A stretch of 64,000 nucleotides of DNA from a virus: positions 1 through 64,000 of the IMG/VR virus record IMGVR_UViG_3300005077_000003; one strand, written 5' to 3'. The position numbers and the translations under genes were made by a program. Below are positions 57,437 through 64,000 of this stretch, in pieces. Within the stretch, counting starts at the first letter, position 1. Every line of letters begins with the position of its first letter. Under the pieces are notes generated by a model. That model was given only the letters and a program-made list of their open reading frames with translations, had not been told where the DNA came from and made no database searches.

Positions 57437-60420
57437 CAGATAAGCTTGTAAAAGAAGACGCTCTAGTAAAATATATACCAGAAAACGACTATGAATCTCG
57501 TGACTTTAAGCCGTTTTATAGTCTTTCTGGTGATATGTGCACTAGGTGTAAGGCATACTATAGTATGCTACATGAGAAAGGACTAACAAAATATCCTTTC
57601 CCGCCTAATTGCAGCGGCAAAGTTCTAGATTCAACTATATCTGTAACAGAAGACGATTTTGATACTCTAGAAGATTATGAAAACTATATTATAGCCTCAG
57701 ATCCAGTATCGTGGGCATATAGATACTTAGGATGGGAAGCCCGGTGGTATCAAGAAGAAATACTAAGCTGTACTAGCTTACGCATAGTAGCTAGGATGGG
57801 CAGAAGGATAGGAAAGGCCCTAGATATAAATACTCCTATCCCAACTCCTAATGGCTGGAAAACTATGGGAGAACTCAATGTCGGAGATAAGGTTTTTGAT
57901 GACAACGGAGATCAGTGCAATGTAACATTTGTCACAGACGTACAATATGGTAGGAAGTGTTATGATGTATATTTTTCAGATGGCTCTAAAATTACTGCAG
58001 ACGAAGACCACCAGTGGACTGTTGTTAATAAAAACTCTAGAAAAGCACTAAAAGAGCCTCATAGAATATACAGGCCAATTACTCTTACTACCAGAGAAAT
58101 ATTAGCTGAAATAAAAGTTTCTAATAAAAAAGAATGTAACTATGCAATAGAAGTTGCAGGTGCAGTAGAATATTCAAAAAAAGAATTAGCGGTACACCCG
58201 TATGTTTTCGGTGTGTGGCTTGGTGATGGCAGTTCTTACTCTGGCCAGATTACTACTGAAGATAGCCAAATTTTAGATGAAGTATCTAAGCTTGGGTATG
58301 CTTATCATATAAACGTACCATTATCTAAAAACTGCGGAAATGCGAATGCATACCGCATTGACAGTCTTACTAGTGATTTAAACAAAGTAATTGCTCTTAA
58401 AAATACTAAAGATGATCTTCCATCAAAGTATATACCAGACATTTATCTTCAATCATCAATTGAAGACAGAAAAGAGCTTTTAAAAGGACTAATGGATACA
58501 GGTGGATGTATATATGGCAATGGAATATGCGAATTTTCAGTTACTTCTAAGAAATTAGCTGAAGGGTTTCATGAATTAATATCAAGTTTAGGTATAAAAT
58601 CTAAAATAAAAGAGTCTGATGCAAAATTATATAGTAAAATCATATCTAAACGATATAGGATAACATTTTGTCCAGATTTTAGCGTATTTAAACTAAAAAG
58701 AAAACTTTCCCGGCAACGCACCTATTCTAATAGAGTTAATTTTAGATATATAACTGATATAGTAGAGGTAAATTCTGTACCAGTAAAGTGTATTTCAGTA
58801 GATTCAGCTTCTTCACTATACTTAGCAGGGAAGAGTTTTATCCCTACACATAATACTATTTGCTTAGTTATTAAAATAATGTGGCTTCTAAACACAAATT
58901 CCAATTTCAGTATCCTTGTAGTTGCCCCATATGAGGTTCAAGTAAGAAAAATTTTTGATGAAATTGATAAGTTTATAGACTCATCTCCTGAGCTTACTAA
59001 CGCAGTTAAGCGTAGAACAAAAAGTCCTTGTCGTCTTGAATTCATGAATGGGTCAAAGGCACAAGGATTTTCTTCTGGTTCACAGTCGGCATCGGGATCT
59101 GACAAAATCCGTGGTCAAGACGCTCACTATATTGCAATAGATGAAGCAGATTACCTTGATGAAGATGATATAGATGCTATTTTAGCCATTTTAGCGTCTT
59201 ACCCAGATTGTGGTTTGTGGGCATCATCAACCCCCACCGGTCTGCATAAGAAGTTTTTCCAGTTTGTACAACAAAAAGATTTAGGATTCAAAGAATTCTG
59301 GATGATTTCTGCAGAAGCTCCCAACTGGACACCAGAAGTAGAGCAGTTTCTTAAAGAGAGTACAGCCTCAGCACAGTATGAACACGAGTACCTTGCATTA
59401 TTTGGTATACAAGAATCAGGCGTATTTAGAAACGACTTGGTGGATGAAAGTATAAGATCATACAAGCTTCCTATGAAACAAACTCCTGGGTCTATTACGT
59501 GCATAGGAGTGGACTGGAATGGACAGTCAATAGGTACGCACATAGTTGTGACTGAATGTGTAAGCAATCCTAATGGTGATGTTTACTACGTCTTACTAGA
59601 AAAGATAATAATCAAAGGCGTTGAGTTTACACAACATGTTGGCGTAGAGAAGCTAATAGAGCTTAATAATAAATATAATCCAAAATTTATCTATGTTGAT
59701 GCTGGATATGGAGAAGCTAATATAGAAATGCTTCGCAAATACGGCAAACAGCATAGAGCTTCTGGTTTACACAAGAAAGTTGTGCCTTATATGATGGGTA
59801 GTCTTATAGAAATAAGAGACCCAGTATCAAATCAGATAGTTAAAAAGAATGCAAAGCCATTTTTAGTAAATACAGCAGTAGTACAGCTAGAACAAGGCAG
59901 GGTAATATTCCCATCCTCAGAAGACACGAAAATACTTGTAGATAGTACTGAAAATAAAGAAACTGGAGCTATAAGTGGTATTGTACAGCAGATGAGAAAC
60001 TTTTGTATAGAAAGAGTTTCATCTACTGGGCTGCCATCATATTCACAAGGAGAAGATCATAGCTTGACTGCATGGATGCTTAGTATTGCCGCATTTGTTA
60101 TAGAACTTTCAGATATGAAAGGGAGGATACATATACAAACTCCAATGATAATGCGCAATATGTTACTGCCACCTACTACAGATGATGCTCATCCAACTAA
60201 ACAAGGAGACCTAGTTGCTACTGCCGCCCGCTCATTCTTGTTAAATAATAAGAATGTTGATATAAGAGATGCACGTAGAATATATTCAAGGGAGCGTAGT
60301 AATATAGCAAAAGGTGATGAAAAGACTATTAAGAAGTACTTTGGTAGAAAATCTGTTGACAGAACATCAGCACTAAAACCAGGCTGGCCTTTTAGAGATA
60401 AAGGAAGAGGTAGATTCTAA
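57433..60420 (+). CDS. terL: Terminase large subunit, intein-containing
   Basis: GRRIGK|T Walker A split by intein, IDEADY Walker B, SSTP, GVDWN, VDAGYG, EDH. Confidence 0.93.
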   Translation: MTDKLVKEDALVKYIPENDYESRDFKPFYSLSGDMCTRCKAYYSMLHEKGLTKYPFPPNCSGKVLDSTISVTEDDFDTLEDYENYIIASDPVSWAYRYLGWEARWYQEEILSCTSLRIVARMGRRIGKALDINTPIPTPNGWKTMGELNVGDKVFDDNGDQCNVTFVTDVQYGRKCYDVYFSDGSKITADEDHQWTVVNKNSRKALKEPHRIYRPITLTTREILAEIKVSNKKECNYAIEVAGAVEYSKKELAVHPYVFGVWLGDGSSYSGQITTEDSQILDEVSKLGYAYHINVPLSKNCGNANAYRIDSLTSDLNKVIALKNTKDDLPSKYIPDIYLQSSIEDRKELLKGLMDTGGCIYGNGICEFSVTSKKLAEGFHELISSLGIKSKIKESDAKLYSKIISKRYRITFCPDFSVFKLKRKLSRQRTYSNRVNFRYITDIVEVNSVPVKCISVDSASSLYLAGKSFIPTHNTICLVIKIMWLLNTNSNFSILVVAPYEVQVRKIFDEIDKFIDSSPELTNAVKRRTKSPCRLEFMNGSKAQGFSSGSQSASGSDKIRGQDAHYIAIDEADYLDEDDIDAILAILASYPDCGLWASSTPTGLHKKFFQFVQQKDLGFKEFWMISAEAPNWTPEVEQFLKESTASAQYEHEYLALFGIQESGVFRNDLVDESIRSYKLPMKQTPGSITCIGVDWNGQSIGTHIVVTECVSNPNGDVYYVLLEKIIIKGVEFTQHVGVEKLIELNNKYNPKFIYVDAGYGEANIEMLRKYGKQHRASGLHKKVVPYMMGSLIEIRDPVSNQIVKKNAKPFLVNTAVVQLEQGRVIFPSSEDTKILVDSTENKETGAISGIVQQMRNFCIERVSSTGLPSYSQGEDHSLTAWMLSIAAFVIELSDMKGRIHIQTPMIMRNMLLPPTTDDAHPTKQGDLVATAARSFLLNNKNVDIRDARRIYSRERSNIAKGDEKTIKKYFGRKSVDRTSALKPGWPFRDKGRGRF
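57817..58854 (+). mobile_element. Class 3 intein (346 aa) with LAGLIDADG domain
   Basis: Ala1 (ALDINTPIPT), EDHQW block B, VKCISV block F, PTHN|T block G; FGVWLGDG and LKGLMDTGG. Confidence 0.9.
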
Positions 60421-62360
60421 TGTCATTAGATTATAACGGTATACCAAAACAGTCTTATACCAGAGACCTAAATGATACCAGTAGGTATTCAGGGAATCTA
60501 CAAGAAGATATTAAGCCAATAAAGGACGATGAGGCTACAGAGTTATTTAATGATGTTGCAAAGGTATTTATAAAAGGCAATAAGCTTATTACTGCACTAG
60601 GCCAATTAAATCCCGCCGCCTTTATACCAGTAGAAGAAGATTCAGCAGTAAGATCATCCTTAGCAAGACTTGATGAGCTACAGGACAGAATAACATTTGG
60701 ATTATTCCAAGATGCGTGCAAATTTATTAATAGTCGAGGAGAGGCTATTGATGAAGCGTTTATTATAAACCTAAAAACCATTGACCCAATAAATTTAAAT
60801 TCTGACGTAGTCAGAATGCATAAGGGGGTGGGTAATAGCTCAAAAGATTGGCTTACAGAATTTTTGACTAAATTATCCCCACTTGCTGGGCTTACAATAA
60901 TGGGATTCCTTAATGACTTGGCTTTTTCTAAATCAGGGAAAAGTCCAAATCCTGACGGAGAAAATTCTGGTACGCAGTCTATTATGTCCCATTTGCAGGG
61001 AATTGGTATTGGTATAGCACTACTTATTGAAGCAGGAATAACGCTAGCTGGTTTAGACATACTAACAGAGCCATTTAAAAGCGATGAAGCTAGCAATGAG
61101 GTTGCTAGTATGTATAACCAGCTTAAAAGTGACCCAAATAGGAGAAGGGAAGTCCTAGAAAATGGCGGGTATGATTACGAAGCTCTTAAAAAGAATAAAA
61201 AGTATGATGACTATTTAGCAGTAAAACAATATGCTTTAGAATATATCTCTAGACTTATAGACAATGTGCAGTATGATCACTGGATAGCTTTTGCAAATGT
61301 TGGTGATAACCAATCACTTTTAAGCTCTGCGTTATCTATGGCTCCTATGTACTCATTAAAATGGAGAAGATTTAACCAAACTAATGATGTCGCTACTCTT
61401 GAAAAAGAGGTGTATGAATACGAAGAAGACTCTTATCTAGAACAAGCAGTAGCATCTGGTCTCAACAGAGGGCTCAGAGATTACTTTAGTAGTCTTTTAT
61501 CAATTAGCAACGACCATTATGATAAAACTCTACAAGTATATTCTATGCAAATAGACGCGCGGGTTATATGCTGTTTAGTATGGTTTTTAGGCCCAATGAA
61601 CCTAGATAACCTCAAAAAGATGGCAAATATTTTGCATATATTAGGTGCTAGGTCGACATTAAATTGGAAGAGTTTGCTATCAAGGCTAGGAGAGGGGATG
61701 GCGAGGTCAATCGCCAATATGCTTCTTGGATATGTCGGAGTACTGGTCGAAAGCGTATTTGACAAAATATTGAGCGCGATGTTTAAAATACCAGACTCAG
61801 ACCTAGAAGTTGCACTAAAAAACTGTATAGGACTTGAAATGCTTTTTAATTTACTACAAGAAGCATGGCTGGAGATATTTGAACAAGTAAATAAATTGGT
61901 TACCCAGCTTAATAATATGCTTAATGATTTAAAAAATAAGGGCTCATTAAGCGTAGAGATAGCCGCAGAGAGAAGATATCTTGTTACTTTGGCGGGTATT
62001 TTGAGAGCAGTAATAAATAATATAGAAGCAGTACAACAAAACTGCTCATTTAATAGAAACCTAACAGAATCACAAATAAATGATATAGCAGCAGAAGCAG
62101 CTGTTGATTTTGTCTCCAGTCAAATAGTTGATAATACATATCCAACTATAGAGCTATCAGAAGATTTACGGAGGAAATTCTTTAGTGGAGTTCCTGAATT
62201 TACTACGTCTAGACTTAAATTACCGGTACCAGGCACAGATGAAGCTGGAAAACAACAAGACCTTACAAGGGATGATAAAATATCAGAGTGTGGAGAAGGC
62301 GGTAGAGCCGCTGCTGGTATTGCTATAGGCAAAAGAATTGCTGATATAATGAATAGTTAA
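60420..62360 (+). CDS. Hypothetical structural-module protein, 646 aa
   Basis: Long ORF between terL and portal. Confidence 0.7.
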   Translation: MSLDYNGIPKQSYTRDLNDTSRYSGNLQEDIKPIKDDEATELFNDVAKVFIKGNKLITALGQLNPAAFIPVEEDSAVRSSLARLDELQDRITFGLFQDACKFINSRGEAIDEAFIINLKTIDPINLNSDVVRMHKGVGNSSKDWLTEFLTKLSPLAGLTIMGFLNDLAFSKSGKSPNPDGENSGTQSIMSHLQGIGIGIALLIEAGITLAGLDILTEPFKSDEASNEVASMYNQLKSDPNRRREVLENGGYDYEALKKNKKYDDYLAVKQYALEYISRLIDNVQYDHWIAFANVGDNQSLLSSALSMAPMYSLKWRRFNQTNDVATLEKEVYEYEEDSYLEQAVASGLNRGLRDYFSSLLSISNDHYDKTLQVYSMQIDARVICCLVWFLGPMNLDNLKKMANILHILGARSTLNWKSLLSRLGEGMARSIANMLLGYVGVLVESVFDKILSAMFKIPDSDLEVALKNCIGLEMLFNLLQEAWLEIFEQVNKLVTQLNNMLNDLKNKGSLSVEIAAERRYLVTLAGILRAVINNIEAVQQNCSFNRNLTESQINDIAAEAAVDFVSSQIVDNTYPTIELSEDLRRKFFSGVPEFTTSRLKLPVPGTDEAGKQQDLTRDDKISECGEGGRAAAGIAIGKRIADIMNS

Positions 62361-62364
62361 TGCA

Positions 62365-64000
62365 ATGAGTATACTAGACTTTATTAGGGGAACATCTCAC
62401 TCTGCACAAATAGAGGAACTCCGTAAGCGCGTTGAGCTTCAGGTGGCAGAATTAGAGGACGTAAGAGCGCGCCTTGCTAATACTAATGAAAGAAGTAACA
62501 AACTAGAAGAGTACCTAAGAACAAGAAGAACTAATTTACCAAAACCAATACAATATTCTTCTAGGAATATATTATCTGGTGGCGATAGACGCAACCATGC
62601 GCCATTTGAAGGGCCTATATACGACCTAAGTGAAATAGCTAGAGCACTAGACGTAGAGGCATACATAGCTACATCAGTCAGGAAACATAGAGAACAAATA
62701 CTAAAAGAGGGCTTTACTATTACTGGGCAAACTCAAGAAACAATAGACTATATAAACAAAAGACTATTTGAGTTTTCTCTAGTAACTGGATTATCTTTTG
62801 ACGAAGTTGTTCGTGAATATACTACCAATTTGGTTCAGTATGCAACTAGCTTTATAGTAAAGCAGAGAGATGATGAAGCTAGCTCTGGTAAAAGGCATAG
62901 ATGGGGAGGTAAAGAATTATCTCCAATCGCAGGGATATTCCCTATGGATCCATCTACAGTTGGAGCACAACAGAATCAACTAGGCCACGTTGCTAATTGG
63001 ATGCAAAAAGTATTAGATCCAGTAACGGGTCAGCCTACGGAAAAAAAATACAAAAAAGAAGATATTGTAGTAGCTACTATAGATAAGAAATCAGGGTTTG
63101 TGTTCGGTACTCCATATATATTGCCAGTTCTAGATGACGTGAGAACGCTAAGGCGTATTGAAGAGATATCTGAAATAGTAGCTCAAAGACACGCATTCCC
63201 TTGGGTACACTGGAGAGTTGGAAGCGACGACAGGCCTGCTGATATATTTGAAGATGGTACTGGCGAAGTTGATCTAGTAAGAGCTATAATAGAGACCACT
63301 CCCCCAGAAGGCGGGATAGTTACAGATCACAGAGTAGAATCTGAAGTTTTAGGAATGAAAGGAGAGGCGCTTGACCTTGTCCCATACTTAGAATATTATG
63401 AAAAACGGGTGATGGCTGGTTTGCGCCTCTCTTCTATTGATTTAGGAAGAACAGAAGGTTCCAAGAGTAATGCGGTAACGGTATCAGAAACATTACAAGA
63501 TGCGTCAAAAGACTTCCAAGCAGTCATAGCCAATTCTCTTAGTCATCAACTTTTTGTTCCTCTTCTATTAGAAGGCGGTTTTGATGTAAACATAGAAACT
63601 ATGGTTACATTAGAGTTTAAACTAATAAACAGAGAAGAAGAGAGAGCACGTATTTCTCATGGCCAAGACCTATTTTTAGGCGGATCAATAACTCGTAATG
63701 AGTTCCGTAGAGATTACATTAACAAGAAAGATATGTCAGAAGAAGAAGACGCTGATACACTAATAGGGCGTAAAGAGCGTCATGACATGGAACTAGCTAA
63801 GTTGCAAGCAGCCGCTAAAGCGGCTCAGCAGGCAGCTACTGCAGCCAAAAATAAAACTGGAAATAAAACCAGGCCAAAGAATCAATATGGGCAAAAGCCT
63901 GCAAAAACAAGAGTAAAAGCAAATGACTCTAATAAAGAGATATATTTAACCAGCCTAATAGATCAATGGAAAAATACACAATCACTATTAATTGATTATG
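62365..64000 (+). CDS. Portal protein (runs off window)
   Basis: Manual translation MSILDFIRG...; FVFGTPYILPVLDDVRTLRRIEE, AGLRLSSIDLG, GSITRNEFR; position after terL. Confidence 0.8.
   Translation, partial: MSILDFIRGTSHSAQIEELRKRVELQVAELEDVRARLANTNERSNKLEEYLRTRRTNLPKPIQYSSRNILSGGDRRNHAPFEGPIYDLSEIARALDVEAYIATSVRKHREQILKEGFTITGQTQETIDYINKRLFEFSLVTGLSFDEVVREYTTNLVQYATSFIVKQRDDEASSGKRHRWGGKELSPIAGIFPMDPSTVGAQQNQLGHVANWMQKVLDPVTGQPTEKKYKKEDIVVATIDKKSGFVFGTPYILPVLDDVRTLRRIEEISEIVAQRHAFPWVHWRVGSDDRPADIFEDGTGEVDLVRAIIETTPPEGGIVTDHRVESEVLGMKGEALDLVPYLEYYEKRVMAGLRLSSIDLGRTEGSKSNAVTVSETLQDASKDFQAVIANSLSHQLFVPLLLEGGFDVNIETMVTLEFKLINREEERARISHGQDLFLGGSITRNEFRRDYINKKDMSEEEDADTLIGRKERHDMELAKLQAAAKAAQQAATAAKNKTGNKTRPKNQYGQKPAKTRVKANDSNKEIYLTSLIDQWKNTQSLLIDY

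Noticed and set aside
2922-62666. Numerous antisense ORFs in the track (e.g. 2922-3332, 21061-21516, 43323-43751, 60455-61096)
   Set aside because: Shadow frames opposite well-supported genes, with no recognisable motifs

Overview
Fragment of a large, AT-rich tailed dsDNA phage genome. Bases 1 to ~50.9 kb are almost all on the minus strand. This part carries class II RNR with an intein, DnaE, a retron-type reverse transcriptase, RecA, nucleases, a MoxR/VWA pair, a glycosyltransferase, two UDG homologues, a sigma factor, TilS, a deaminase, three tRNAs (one split by an HNH-carrying group I intron), a ~1.45 kb structured non-coding locus, a GC-rich island and a GC-rich repeat-cassette region. 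From ~51 kb the genes are on the plus strand: putative morphogenesis genes, terminase large subunit with a class 3 intein, and portal. The lead finding is an effector-less retron-like RT inside the replication module. Its candidate msr-msd RNA lies immediately downstream of the gene, not upstream, and is followed by ~390 nt of further hairpins. The second lead is the large structured RNA with an embedded tRNA-like module. All calls come from motif reading and manual base-pairing only; no database search or folding program was run.
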